64,000 nucleotides of DNA from the human T2T-CHM13v2.0 reference genome, Homo sapiens. The notes beneath the pieces are model-generated. The model was not told where the DNA came from and ran no database searches. It saw only the letters and a program-made list of their open reading frames with translations. Of this stretch, positions 16,689 to 40,044 are shown in pieces; within the stretch, counting starts at the first letter, position 1, and each line of letters opens with the position of its first letter. The position numbers and the translations under genes are program-made. Location of the stretch: the NCBI RefSeq assembly GCF_009914755.1, contig NC_060940.1; one strand, 5' to 3'.

Positions 16689-19035
16689 GAGTAGATGATC
16701 AAAAGGCTTGGAGATCCCTAAATAGTTGTTTATATTCTCCTTTTTTCTTCTTTATTTTATTTATGTTGGCATGGTTTTCCCAACCAGATCATCAGTTCCT
16801 TGAACATATAGACACGTTCTTATACTTATCTAGTATATCCCAAGGGACCTCCTTGTGGTTGTCACTAAATGAATGAGCAGCTATAAATACTTTGATTTAA
16901 CTGACCTCCTCCAGGAAATCTTCCTCAGTTTCTCTGCTTCCCCCTCAACCCCATGCTGGCCGCCTGTTCTGAATTCCTATAGCTGTCTGTAGCAGTCACT
17001 GCATCCATTGATTATATACCACTGTGCCTTTTCTGTAGCTTCAGGTATCAGAGTTGTTCTGCCCAAGTAATAACTTTGATAGTTGAAGGCACTGTCCAGC
17101 CTGCGGTATTGGGGATATCATAGTACATGCCCAATAAACCTTTGCAAGCTCACTCACCTGAAGACTACTCAAGAGTTTCGGTTTTCAGTTATCGCAATAA
17201 CCCTTCCTTTGCCTCGGCTTGGATTGGCTCGAGGAGTGAGCCAGAGGGAGGTGTATGTGCCACTGATGGTACATGAGATTATTTGGGAGTGGGCGGAAGA
17301 GGTACATGGGTTCTTAATTTTAAGATACGTACTTGCTTTAGCATGTGTTATAAAGGACAGAGAATATTAGACCACAGTTTCACAAATGCTATTGCTTAAG
17401 AGAGTCCATTTAATGAAAAATTTTAACATTAGTATAAGTAGTATGTGGATATGGCAGAATCATGCAGCCAGCCCGTGAATGACTGAATTTGGAGTACTGT
17501 AGCCCAAGCTTGTTCAGATAGACAGCTGAAGCCCCAGAAGCCCCAACCCCCTTAACCATATCTTTGTCAAGGGCTTTTTCTTTCTTCCTAGTCCCTCATG
17601 CAGACATAATGAGTTTCTTGTAACTTTGATTACTCTTAAGAGTTTAATAATCCAAAGGTATCCCATGAACTGCTCTGAATCTCAGTGGGCAAATGGGAAC
17701 ATGGAACTCTTTTCCAACACAGACAGCAAATCAGTGGCTTCTGAGAAGCACAGAGGTCAGAAAGTTGGGCCTCTGCCACAAGGGACTCACAGCTGTGGTT
17801 CTCTGCATTGCTGTTCCTGGAACTCTTCTCTGCTCCAAGAGGTACCATAGGACAGGAACGCCCTTGAAATTTCCAAGCCACATGGACCCAGACTTTGCTG
17901 CGTGGGTGTCATCTGGTGCTGATGCAATCCTAGCTCAGCTTTGAAGTCCACTTGCAAACTCCTAGCAGAGCCACGTCTTGATTCATTTTCCTACCTCATA
18001 ATGAAAGAGTTTCTCCCTTTTTCCTACTTGGCTGTTTTTCAGAATGAACTTTTTATTCCTTTAATTGAGAGTGGATTACCATGATTTGACTATTTTGGAA
18101 TTTCAAAAGCCCTTTGTTCCCCTTACTAATGAGCCAAGGCAGTTGACAGTTTAAGAGGTGTAGATCATTCTCCAGTGTCCTACTCTGGGGGTTTCAGGAC
18201 AGCACTTGCAGAAACCATGGGGTTACTTTAAAGTTTAATCAACATGAGGGGGGTGTGAAGAAGCACTCTCAGTCAGTGTCGGTGAGAATATAATTTATAG
18301 ATTGTTGGTAGGAATGTAAATTGGTGTGAACTCTAGAGAGTAATCTGGGAATATCTGTGAGAATTAAAAATGCATGAATCTATGCCTTTGTCCTAGCAGT
18401 CCTCTCTCTCTAGGAATTCATCTTTTAGATACATATGCATGTAAGCAAAGTAATTTTAGAGAGATCCATAGCGGAATCATTTATAATAGCAAAAAATTGG
18501 AAATAACTTAATTATCCATGGGTAGGAGATTGGTGAAATTATAATAAAGCCTTCTGTTGGAATTTTATATAGCTGTTAAAAAGAAGGGAGCAGCTCTATA
18601 GATAGAATATAGAAGGAACCTCAAGTTATGTTCATGAAAAAGCAAGGTTCAGAACAAAGGGAGCTATTGTTTGTGTGAGAAAAATAATCAGCTTCTACAT
18701 ACATGTGCATTTTCACATATACATAGAATACCCCTGCAAGAACACACAAGAAACTGCTAATTGTTGTCTCCGAGATGAGGAACTGGAATAGAGGAGTAAG
18801 AGGGAAACGTAGTTCTTATGTTACATCCTTTTGTATTATTTGAATTATTTTTACCTACTTTAACGATTTTAAAAGTTTATGGTAAGCTTTAATATTAAAT
18901 TGCTTTTGATTTTCCAAATTAGTAACATTTCATTTACTGGCTAGTGAACTAAAAAAGTTTGAGAAAATGTATACCTATACTCTATGTACCATTAGAAAGA
19001 TACTATCAGCCTCATTTCTTTCTCCCTTTTAATAG

Positions 19036-19128
19036 CTCACGGACACAGACCTAATTAAACAGTGTATAGATGAATGCACAGCCAGGATTGAAATTGGACT
19101 GCATTACAAGATTCCTTACCCAAGGCCA
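19036..19128 (+). CDS. LYRM1: LYRM1 second coding exon (aa 54-84, [31 protein letters not shown])
   Basis: Acceptor tttctttctcccttttaatag|, donor CCA|GTAAGT, 93 nt, in frame. Confidence 0.97.
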
Positions 19129-19519
19129 GTAAGTGTGACTCCGGTTAACAAGTGCTGGGTACTTACCCTCATCAACCTGGTTATTTCCAAGAATGTGTAA
19201 CAAGAGGGCGAGTGCTTGCTGAGAAGCCCAGAGCTGCTGTGGGAGGCATGTTGGAAATAAGCTATCATTGCATGCTGCCAGCCCATCACAACAAAGTAAA
19301 ATGTCAATGAATGCATGACGTATCCTGCTTACATAGCTTTCCACGTATGGAAGGGAAAACCAGCTCACACTGTAGAGCTTTTTCTCTTTTCACTTTCATC
19401 TTTTTTATGGAAATGTGTTTAATTATAAAAGGCAGGTTTGTTGTTACTAAAAGAATAAAGTTCAAACATGAAAGGAATGCATAAAGTAGAAAGTAAAAAT
19501 GGTCAAAAATTCTCATCCA

Positions 19520-21203
<1,684 letters not shown>

Positions 21204-21252
21204 CAATCTTTTTTAAATGATTGCATTGTATGCTATTGTAAGAATGTGCCAT

Positions 21253-22453
<1,201 letters not shown>

Positions 22454-22913
22454 GCCATAATTTAACCAGCCCCTCTCTTGCTAGGCAGTTAGTTTGATCC
22501 CAGTTTTCTACTATGCACAGAACATCTTTATATACACACACTTTTCTCCCCTTCTTTGGATTCTCAACTTGCTATGTGATCCATGCTCGTTTTTTCTCCT
22601 CTATGCAGGCGATATAGCAAAGAGCACAGGCTCTGGAATCTGACAGATCTGGGTTCAAATCCTGGCTTCCCTTCTTAATGTATAACCTTAAGCAAGTTTT
22701 TTAACTTCTCTGAGGTTTCATTTCCTCATCTGTAAATATTAGAATAATAATCCCTTATGAGGTTGTTGTAGGATTAACTTGTGTAAAGATTAATGAATCA
22801 ATGTAGATACAGCACTTAGCAGAGAATATGGTACTTTCTGAGTAGATCCTCAGTGAATATGAGCTGCTGCAATGATGATGAATATGATTCTTCATATTAT
22901 TGTTCTTATTCAG

Positions 22914-23030
22914 ATTCATCTGCCTCCAATGGGCCTTACCCCACTCCGAGGCCGGGGACTTCGAAGCCAAGAGAAACTGAGGAAACTTTCCAAACCAGTA
23001 TATCTCAGATCTCATGATGAAGTTTCCTAA
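22914..23030 (+). CDS. LYRM1: LYRM1 last coding exon (aa 85-122, [10 protein letters not shown]...RSHDEVS*)
   Basis: Acceptor tgttcttattcag|, TAA at 23028-23030; 53+31+38 = 122 aa, the length I recall for LYRM1. Confidence 0.97.
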   Translation: MHLPPMGLTPLRGRGLRSQEKLRKLSKPVYLRSHDEVS

Positions 23031-23898
23031 TCTAGAGGAAAGTTTATTTCTGCAAATGATGAGCCAACTAGTTATTGAATGTAAACCAGATGGCAAAACA
23101 CTTCTTGATTAGGGGCAAAAATTCAAATGTCTTCTTAAAACCTCCACAATTGATTCTCCCCCTGTGATGTAAACTTAGATATCCCTAGAGTTTCTCAGCA
23201 TCTTTCTTCCTGAGTGGATGGCATTATCCCTAGAGGTCATGGACCTTACATCCTCACTGCAGTCACCTTTGGAAACAAGACCGAGGCCTGTAGAAGGAAA
23301 GCGGAAGGATGTAAGAGCTGTTCATGGGAATTCCATTCACCACACATGCCAGCTGATGCAAAGAAATTTGCCAGTCACTGGAAGTTACTGTGGCTACTAT
23401 AAAACTATGTACCACTCTCAGAATATTCTTAGGCTTTTTTTTTTTCAAGTTATAGATTTGCTTAAAGTGAGGTTTTTTGGTGTGTGCTTTTTTGTTGTCT
23501 TTTGACCCTTCCAGTTTCCAGACAAACTTGTCTTAAAAAGTGCATCATTGGATTGACCATGGTTTTTCATGAAATTTTATGAGATTTCTGCCTTAACAAA
23601 ATGCATATATTCCTTATCTTAAAGCCTGTCATTACTTAGGATGCACTTATAGGATCTGAAAAGCTCACTTTAAACTCATACTACATTCGTTACGAGTATT
23701 TTACGTTAACATAATTGAAAAGTACAAGGTCCAAGCTGGCTTTCAAATTATGTCTAAACAGAAATGGGACAAATAGACTTGAAAATAGAAGGGATTTATT
23801 CCACCCCTGCAAGGGTAGAGTCAGGTGAGAGTCCCTTGGTGAGTCATTTGTACATCAGTGTCATTTCTTCTTAACCTCTGAAGAAGATGGGCATCAGA

Positions 23899-23945
23899 AA
23901 TAAAGACAAAGCACTATCAATTTTTGTCTGTCTATTCTTTTTCAA
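23899..23945 (+). terminator. LYRM1: LYRM1 polyadenylation signal AATAAA (23899-23904) with downstream U/GU-rich element
   Basis: AATAAA followed about 17 nt later by tttttgtctgtctattctttttc; 3'UTR about 0.9 kb. Confidence 0.8.
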
Positions 23946-24056
23946 AATGGACTCCTGACCCTCAGAAGAAATAGCTGGAACCTACTCCTATGAGGAAGAG
24001 CACACGTTTTCACACTCACTCAAGGTAACTTATCACAGGGTTTGGCAATAACGTAG

Positions 24057-24419
<363 letters not shown>

Positions 24420-24428
24420 TAACACAAA

Positions 24429-27992
<3,564 letters not shown>

Positions 27993-28760
27993 AAGCCTTT
28001 GGTGAAAAGAGACAGAGAAATGTAAATATGCTGGCAGGTGTTCTGGCCTTCCCATGGCCATTCAGTGAGCACATAGCCCAGCCTAGCTTGAATTGAGAGA
28101 CATGAATCTGCTGTTCCTTCAGCCACTCTCCTTCCAGCTGGTCTCATTGTAGAGGCATTTCCCTGTCCAGAGATGGTTCTAATGTCTAAAATTAATTGTT
28201 TCCCATGCAACATAGGGCTTATGAAATCAAGCCAACTACTTCATCTGGTGGTCAGCCAGTGAAACCCATCTGTTTCTGCTTGGAGGAAAAACTGGCTGTG
28301 CTGGACCAAGTGAGACATGTCTCTCATCTCCATCATGGGAGATGGGAAAGTTCCTTTCTAAGTAACTCAAGGTGATTTTAATTATTTGCATTTTTGCCTT
28401 ACTCTACTGAGTGTAGAAATCAGCCTTCTCACCCAGCCTTTTCAGGATGAAAGTCCATCTCATTGCTAGCCAGCCTTTGAGCATCTTCCATTTGCCTTAG
28501 TGTGAATTTTACATGCCTAGCCCCTTTGCAAACATGTGTATACTGTTACACAAAAGCATAATTGTCAATTTACTCTCAAACCTTCCATGTAACCTGTGTT
28601 CTGTTCTTAATAGTATTTTCCTCACTTTCTCTCCAAAACTATAAAATCCCCATCTTGAGTCTCTCAAAGGCAGAACCCACCTTCCCTACATCCCCACCTT
28701 CAATGTAATTATCTTCCAACACTGATAAGGACTGAACCTAACTGCTTACCCAAGAGCTAG

Positions 28761-31303
<2,543 letters not shown>

Positions 31304-31469
31304 TTACTTATCTTCTCTGTATCATGGTTTCTGCAGCCATAAAATGAGGATAATAATAATAATGTACTTTATAGAGTTGCTAGGAAATACCTGGCTCATA
31401 GCAATTGCTTTATTAATATAATTGTCATCAACATCATCACCACCACCATCATCAAGAATGAAATGCCTT

Positions 31470-31719
31470 CGTTCTCACTCATAGGTCGGAATTGAACAAT
31501 GAGAACACTTGGACACAGGAAAGGGAACATCACACACCTGGGCCTGTCGTGGGGTGGGGAGGGTGGGGGGGGAAGGATAGCATTAGGAGATACACCTAAT
31601 GTAAATGATGAGTTAATGGGTGCAGCACACCAACATGGCACATGTATACGTATGTAACAAACCTGCACGTTGTGCACATGTACCCTAGAACTTAAAGTAT
31701 AATAATAAAATAAAATAAA
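31470..31719 (+). mobile_element. 5'-truncated L1PA 3' end (~250 bp)
   Basis: gttctcactcataggt...gagaacacttggacacagg...taccctagaacttaaagtataataa; perfect TSD aagaatgaaatgcctt at 31454-31469 and 31720-31735. Confidence 0.92.
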
Positions 31720-31737
31720 AAGAATGAAATGCCTTTT

Positions 31738-32025
31738 GGCCAGGCGCGGTGGCGCCTGTAATCCCAGCACTTTGGGAGGCCAAAGGGGGAGTGGATTGCC
31801 TGAGCTCAGGAGTTCGAGACCAGCCTGGGCGACATGGCAAAAGCCCTGTCTCTACTGAAAATACAAAAAAATAGCCTGGCATTGTGGTGTGTGCCTGTAA
31901 TCCCAGCTACTCAGGAGGCTGAGGCACGAGAATCACTTGAACCTGGAAGGCGGAAGGTGCAGTGAGCTGATTTCATGCCACTGCACTCCAGCCTGGGTGA
32001 CAGAGCAAGACTGTCTCAAAACAAA
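31738..32025 (+). mobile_element. Alu (S-type) abutting the DNAH3 3' end
   Basis: TSD aagaatgaaatgc(c/t)tttt at 31720-31737 and 32026-32043. Confidence 0.92.
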
Positions 32026-32040
32026 AAGAATGAAATGCTT

Positions 32041-32046
32041 TTTATT
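32041..32046 (-). terminator. DNAH3: DNAH3 polyadenylation signal AATAAA, 22 nt after the stop codon
   Basis: tttatt on + at 32041-32046; U-rich tract follows on the - strand. Confidence 0.75.
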
Positions 32047-32068
32047 TTCTGTCTTGAGACAAATGCCA

Positions 32069-32422
32069 TCAGTTATCCAGCTGGCACAGTGAGGCCACCC
32101 CTCGGTTTATCCAGTGCTTCTGGGGCATGTCTGTTGGAAGCTCAATGGAGAGGACATAGTTGGTAGAGTGGCCTGTGGTGGAGAGGGTTCCTCTGCGGGC
32201 ACTTGTTTTGTAGACTGGACACACATAGATGTCCTGATGCAGAAACATTGCGCTCTCCCCAGGTTTCAGCCAAATGATGGGCAGTGGGTCATAGAGGATT
32301 TTGGGGAGAGATTCCCCAATCTGCATCGTTTTCCTGTCCCAACGGGCACCTTCTAAGAAGAGCCCTTTGATGTAGGCCCCATCTTCGGGGTTATTCTCCA
32401 TCACTGTTTCTTGTGGGGTTAC
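32069..32422 (-). CDS. DNAH3: DNAH3 last coding exon (VTPQE...[10 protein letters not shown]...CPVYKT...[15 protein letters not shown])
   Basis: Acceptor tttttattcttccag|, 354 nt including TGA at 32071-32069; dynein heavy C-terminal domain motifs. Confidence 0.96.
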   Translation of the reverse strand, partial: VTPQETVMENNPEDGAYIKGLFLEGARWDRKTMQIGESLPKILYDPLPIIWLKPGESAMFLHQDIYVCPVYKTSARRGTLSTTGHSTNYVLSIELPTDMPQKHWINRGVASLCQLDN

Positions 32423-33227
32423 CTGGAAGAATAAAAAGCTATGAGCTCCATTGCCTGCCATTTTCCTACATGGGCAGCTTTAAGAGCCTGGAATCTTCTG
32501 ATACTCAAAGTGCAACCTGGTTGCAATATCTACCTCTCCCAGGATCCAGGGACAATGGGGCTTCTGTGATAATATTCCTGCCCACCATACATGGGCCAGG
32601 CCTGACTCCTGGTCAGTATGCTGCCCTTCCCAATGGTGGGCTAGAGAATGCACTCAAGTAGGAGTCACATTATTCTAACACATTACCTCTAACTAGCTTA
32701 GTGATTGCACAATCCCTTCCCTTTCTGGATCTGGATTTATAAAGTGAGGGGTTAGATTCAGATACAGAGACAGACTGGATAAACAGTTCTGGAGATGAGT
32801 GTGGGGAGAATAAAGCCTTGATTTCTAGTTTTTGTGGTATAAAGACTTCCACCATGGTCAATTTCAGCCTACCAACTATTTAACAACCAGCTCACAAAAT
32901 TCCTGAAAATGTAACAGTTGGCCCTGGTGAGCTGATATGAGTGAGCTCCAGCACACCACTGCTTAGATTCAGAGGTGGTAAACTCAAATTCCTTTAGGTA
33001 ATTGCAGAAAATGGACAAAGCATAGGAGAATAGGGAGGGGTGGGGATTATGGTGAACCAGAGAGCACAAACTCCATTTAAAATCATTCAAATTATACTTT
33101 AAAAAATTTTTATGGTGAATGGAATTTTTTCCCATTTCTAATTCTAAGTATATATTGGAAGAATAGGAAAAGGCTATTGATTTTTATAAATTTAACCAAT
33201 ATCCAGTGACCTTGTGAATTCTTCTAC

Positions 33228-33591
33228 AGATGCTCCTCAACTTACAATGGGGTTATGTCCTGATAAACCCATCATAAGTTGAACATATTGTAAGCCAAAA
33301 CTGCATTTAATATACCTAACCTACAACAAATATCATAGCTTAGCCTAGCCTCCCTTAAATGTGCTTAGAACACTTACATTAGCCTATAGTGGGCAGGAAT
33401 CATCTAACACAAAGTCTGTTTTATAGTAAAGTGTTGAGTATCTTATGTAATTTATCAAATACTATACTAAAAGTGAAAAATGGAATGGGTGTATGGGTAC
33501 TCAAGGTGTGGTTTCTCCTGAATGTGTACTGATTTCACATCATGAAGTCAAAAAATTGTAAGTTGAACCATTGCAAGTAAAGGACTCTATG
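33228..33591. mobile_element. Tigger4/Zombi-type DNA transposon relic
   Basis: cagatgctcctcaacttacaatggggttatgtcctgataaacccatc terminus. Confidence 0.75.
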
Positions 33592-34262
33592 TTTTTAATC
33601 ACTTCGGATTTCTAGGTATACAATCATTTCAACATCAAGAAAGATGGTTTTATCTTTTTTTCAATGTTTATCCTAGTCATTTTTTTTCTTGTTGTATTTA
33701 TTTTGGCTTAACATTGTCTTCAAAGGCTAATCAAGTTAAGTTCATTCATAAACTGATTTAAGACATAGGGCAACCAGTTTGTGACCTCTGGACTAGATGA
33801 TTTCAAAGGATCTTTCCGTATAATTTAAAATTCTACAATGCTCTGTAACAGTCAATCGTAGCCATTCTACTCTCTATATATGACAGGCTGATGCTTGACT
33901 GTTGGCCATGCTTTTAACTTTACTCCAAGCAAAGGACTACCTAAGGGCATTAACATTCTTGTAAATGAAGAGTCCACCACATTGAACAAACAGAGTGGGA
34001 GAGTGCCTTCATTTTTCTTGGTGTTCTGACGGAATCTGGAAAGATTCCCTTTTTGTATACACAGAGACAAAGCATTGGGAATCCTCTAATTATTTTAGGA
34101 GTAGCTTTTAGAGCTACTGTAAATTATGCTAAATGCTTCATATGTACCATTTCAGAAGCATTTGGGTCTTAACACATCCACATTTTTTGACTCATAAGGA
34201 AATTGGCAACATTGCTTTCTCTGGTCAGCCCCTTGAGTGAGCCTAACCCAAAGCACCCCTAC

Positions 34263-34400
34263 CTCAAACTCAAATCCAATGTGGTCAATGGGGATGGTAT
34301 ATTTCCGGGCATAATTTTGAGAGACGCCAGTCAAAAAAGACTGTGTGAAGTAGAATCCAGAGATCCAAAATACCACAGGGGGCCCCTTGTCAATCCATTC
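34263..34400 (-). CDS. DNAH3: DNAH3 penultimate exon ([25 protein letters not shown]...FEFE)
   Basis: 138 nt, cag/GTAGGG sites, phase 0. Confidence 0.95.
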
Positions 34401-34444
34401 CTGGAGAGCCACAGAAATCAAGATTCAAAATCAACAACACATCA

Positions 34445-34756
<312 letters not shown>

Positions 34757-35563
34757 TCAAAAAAAAAAAAAAAAGCCCAGGTGCAAGCTGATATCAGGGA
34801 TACAACAGAGAGTGGTGGGGACTGTAGCAGTGGAGAATATGTACCTTGTCTAAACTGAGCAGCTGCCACTCATCTCCAGCAATAGTCGCCATGCCATGCG
34901 AGAACGCAGGTGCATTGTTTCAGGTCTTCTATTTTTTGCAGTACAAACATCGGATTTTTATATGTAAAAAATCAATGTTTACATGCTGGCTCAAAAATGT
35001 TTAAATTACCAGGTAGCCAAACCAAACATAATTATTGTCCAAATCTATCTCATGAGCCACCAGTTTGTGACATTTTTTTTCTTTTTAGACGGAGTCTTGC
35101 TCTGTCGCCCAGGCTGGAGTGAAATGGCGTGATCTCGGCTCACTGCAACCTCTGCCTCCCAGGTTCAAGCCATTTTCCTGCCTCAGCCTCCCAGGTAGCT
35201 GAGACTACAGGCATAAGCCACTATGCCCTGCTGATTTTTTTGGTATTTTTAGTAGAGACGGGGTTTCACCATGCTGGCCAGGCTGGTGTCGAACTCCTGA
35301 CCTCAAGTGATCCGCCTGCCTCGGCCTCCCAGAGTGCTGGCAATACAGATGTGAGCCACTGCGCCCGGCCGGCTATAATCTTTTCCAGGACTTTCAAGTC
35401 TCCCTCCTGCTTCTAACTCCAGGAAGACTGTTTCCAGAGGCTCAATCCAGGATGTTCTGTGGCTGCCTGCCCTCCTCCCCCTGCCTCTAGTCTGCCATTT
35501 CAGAATGTCCTCTCCACCTAAGCAAGCATGCCAGGTTCCCGGTTACCCCTGACTCCCAGGTAC

Positions 35564-35768
35564 CTGGAAGAAGGTCAGGCGGGCCAGCAGGTCAGCCACG
35601 TAGCCCCCCAGAGGCTTCAGTGATGGGTAAGACTTGGCTGCCCACATGGCTGGCACTTTACCCACAAGCATGCTGTTAAAGACTTCCTCTAGCTCCGAGG
35701 ACATCAGGACCTGTCCTTTGATGGCTCGGCCAAGATTGATGAGGCTCCTCCGAACCACTTTGGTCAGC
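35564..35768 (-). CDS. DNAH3: DNAH3 exon (LTKVVRRSL...[15 protein letters not shown]...FFQ)
   Basis: 205 nt, cag/GTACCT sites, phase 2 to 0. Confidence 0.95.
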
Positions 35769-37014
35769 CTGCAAGAACAGAGGAGCTGGCTGAGCTGGGC
35801 TCTCCGGTGGCCACATTCTACCCAAGTCCACTGACTGCTGTCCCCTTTAAAATGTCAGTTAATTAATGCACAGTCATTAAATGAGGAAAAATTAAATCAC
35901 CCGTTACCTTGCTACCTAAAGATAACGTTGATGTATATCTTTCCAGATTTTTCTCTATGTGAACACAAATTATTTTTAATGAGATCATACTATATTATCT
36001 TTCCGTAATCTGTTTTTCTTTCTTAGCATATAGGAAACATCTTTCCAATTCAATAGAGACCTAAATTGTCCTTTTTTTCTTTTTTTTAGAGATGGGGTTT
36101 CACTCTGTCATTCAGGCTGGAGTAAGTAGTGAGATCAGAGCTCACTGCAGCCTCAAACTCCTGGGCTCAAGTGATCCTCCTGCCTCAGCCTCTGGAGTAG
36201 CTGGGACTACAGGTGTGCATCACCATGCCTGTCCTTTGTAACGACTGCAAAATGTTCCATTTTGTTTAACTATTCCTCTATTGTTGACGTGTTATTTCTA
36301 GATTGTTGTCACTATCAACAACATTGCTAGCAAAATTCATCCATCTCAATCTTTTTGCAAATTTTAAATTATTATTAAAAATATTTCTAGGTCAAAGAGC
36401 ACGCACAGTTTTAAGGCTTTCAATTCATATTGTCAAAGTTGTTCTTTTTTTTTTTTTTTTTTTGAGACAGAGTCTTGCCCTGTCACCCAGGGAAGTGCAG
36501 TGGTGGAGTCATGGCTCACTGCAGCCTCGATCTCCCAGGCTCAAGGAATCCTCCCACCTCAGTCTCCTGAGTAGCTGGGACTACAGGCACATGCCACTAT
36601 GCCCACCTGATTTTTTTTTAAGTAGAGACAAGGTCTCCCTATGTTGCCCAGGCTGGTCTCAAACTCCTAAACTCAAGTAATCCTCCCACCTCAGCCTCCC
36701 AAAGTGCTGGGATTACAGATGAGCTACCACGCCTGGCCAAAGGTCCTTTTTTATCGACTATAAGGTGCACGCCTGAGAAAAGGCAACTGAAGGGCAGCCT
36801 GGGAGATGTCAAATTCACCTGCCTCTCCCTCTGACCTTTATGTTACGAGGCCCAGCCAAGCCCGGAGGTAATTCACCTGAGGAGACCAAAGAATCTGCCA
36901 CTACAAAGAGCTTTTCATCTCCAAAGCTTTATGGAATCTCAACTGAATGGACATGAGAATGATCACATGCAGGAAGAGGATTTCTGGATGTGTAACCACT
37001 AAACCATTGTATCA

Positions 37015-37251
<237 letters not shown>

Positions 37252-38231
37252 CTAAGATCACGCCATTGCACTCCAGCCTGGGCGACAAGAGTGAAACTCT
37301 GTCTCAATTAAAAAAAAAAAAAGGAATGTAAAATTCAGACATGTGTTTGCTAAGCAGTCAAGGGTAAAAGCTGCCATCTGAGGGATTACACCACAGACCT
37401 CTATTATACCTAAAGACCTACTTGCAAAGATTCTCTTTCTATTCTTGCAACTATGAGCTCTGCTAGTTTTAAGGTTTTAGTACCCAAGGAAAGAACACTT
37501 GCCCAGAAGACACAGTCACAGTTCCCCTGAAGCTGAACTGTCGCTGAATCATTCTGGGCTTCCTATATCACTGGGTGAAAAGGCAAAAAAAAAAAAAAAA
37601 AAGGGAAAGAAAAAAAATAGTGGGGAGGAACGTTAGAGTACTGCTTGAGATGATTAATCCTGACCATCATTGGAAAATAAGATTGCTTTCCCTGTTCTTT
37701 TTTTCTTTTGAGACAGGGTCTCATTCTCTTGCCCAGGCTGAAGTGCAGTGGCACAATCTTGGCTCACTGCAACCTCCACTTCCCAGGCCCAAGCAATCCT
37801 CCCTCCTCAGTCTCCTGAGTAGCTGGTTCTACAATGCCCAGATAATTTTATGTATTTTTGGTAGAGATGGGGTTTTGCCATGTTGCCCAAGCTGATCTCC
37901 AACTCCTGAGCAATCTGCCTGCCTCAGCCTCCTAAAGTGCTGGGATTACAGTGCTGGGTGGAGTGAGCCACGGCACCTGGCTTGCTGTCCTTTATAGAAT
38001 GCCCAGTGGTGAAGGCCAGTGAAAGCCCCTGCAACCACCAAGAAAGAGCTCCAGTGGCCTTAGAGGAGAATGACAGCAGAGGAGGGAAGCCATTAGTTTT
38101 GGTGTCCAGTTGGACAGTCCAGGACTACAGTCCATCATGCCAAGGTGTCTCACAACAGAGGTGGCCTCGTCCTAGGCTCACACCCCATACCTTGCTTGGT
38201 CCCTGCTACGGCCAACTGCCTGTTGACTCTA

Positions 38232-38577
<346 letters not shown>

Positions 38578-39900
38578 TCAAATAACACTCCTCCAGTCCC
38601 CTGGTCCTCTGGAATCAGGGCTGTCCTTAAAATGAAGCAGTGACCCAATGACACAGAATAGAGGCAGTAACACATGCAGTGTCTGGAGCAGCAAGACCTT
38701 GGTCTTGGAAGCAGAAGTGATAAGTTTTAGCCCACTTGGCTCTGAGTCACTTGAGACCTACATCAAATCACAGTCATCTCTGGACCTCAGTTTCCTCATC
38801 TGGCCTAGATGGTCTTTGATAACCCTTTCAGTTTTGACTATTCAAAAATCAAATCCAGGTGATCCCACTGGGCTCCATGCTGTAGTAACTGGAGAAGAGG
38901 ACTAGAATACAAGGCCAGAGATCCTTGCCCCATGGCCAGCCTATAATACCCCTAACTGTGTGGTAGAGGCACTAGGATGAACGTCTCCCACCCCTTTCTA
39001 GATTTACCCAGATTTCACATATTGGATAAGTACACGGGCTCTGGAATCAGACTTAGTTCTGGGTTTAAACTGAGTTTTCCCGTTGAATGATTGAATAACT
39101 GAGCAACCTTGGGCAAGTCTTAACCCTTCTGAATCTCAGAGTTTTTTTTTATTTTCTTTAAGAGATGGGGTCTTGCCATATTGCCCAGGCTGGTCTTAAA
39201 CCCCTGGGTTCAAGCAATCCTCCCGGCTTGCCTCCCAAAGTGCTGGGATTGTAGGCGTGAGTGATCATGCTCAGCCTCAGTTTTCTTACTTGTAAAATGC
39301 TGGTAGCAGGATTAGTAACTGGACGTATTTCAAAAGACTATTGTGTAATTTTTTTTTAAGGGATAGGGTCTTTCTCTGTCACCCAGGCTGGAGTGCAGTG
39401 GCAAGATCATAGCTCACTGCCGCCTCGAGCTCCTGGCCTCCAAGAGATCCTCCCACTTCACCCTCCCAAGTAGCTGGGACTGTAGACGTGCACCACCATG
39501 CCTGCCTTTTTTTTTTTTTTCTTTTTTGGAGAGATGGGGTCTTGCTTTGTTGCCCAGGCTGGTCTTGGACTCCTGGCCTCAGGTGATCCTCCCTACTCTG
39601 CTTCTCAAAGTGCTGGAATTACAGGCGTTAGCCACTGTGCCCAGCCCTATTACAGACTTTGAATGAGACCCATGCATAGTGCTTAGAACCGTATCTGTCC
39701 CTAAAGGCTCAATACAAATGGCTCTAGGCCAGGTGCAGTGGCTCCCACCTGTAATCCCACCACTTTACGAGGCCAAGGCTGGAGGCCTGCTTGAGGCCAG
39801 GAGTTCAAGACCAGCCTGGCCAACATGTCAAAACTCCATCTCTATAAAAAATAAAAAATAAAAAAATTAGCCAGCATGGTGGCCTGTGTCTGTAGACTCA

Positions 39901-40044
<144 letters not shown>

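Noticed and set aside
31396-31770. 124-aa ORF downstream of DNAH3, with a similar ORF at 60238-60558
   Set aside because: Both are antisense translations of L1PA 3'UTR fragments, which explains their similarity.
31454-32043. Three direct repeats with spacers as a CRISPR-like array
   Set aside because: Eukaryotic DNA; the spacers are L1 and Alu and the repeats are target-site duplications.
32423-32461. N-terminal [13 protein letters not shown] of the 130-aa ORF
   Set aside because: This is the intronic pyrimidine tract and acceptor of the last DNAH3 exon.
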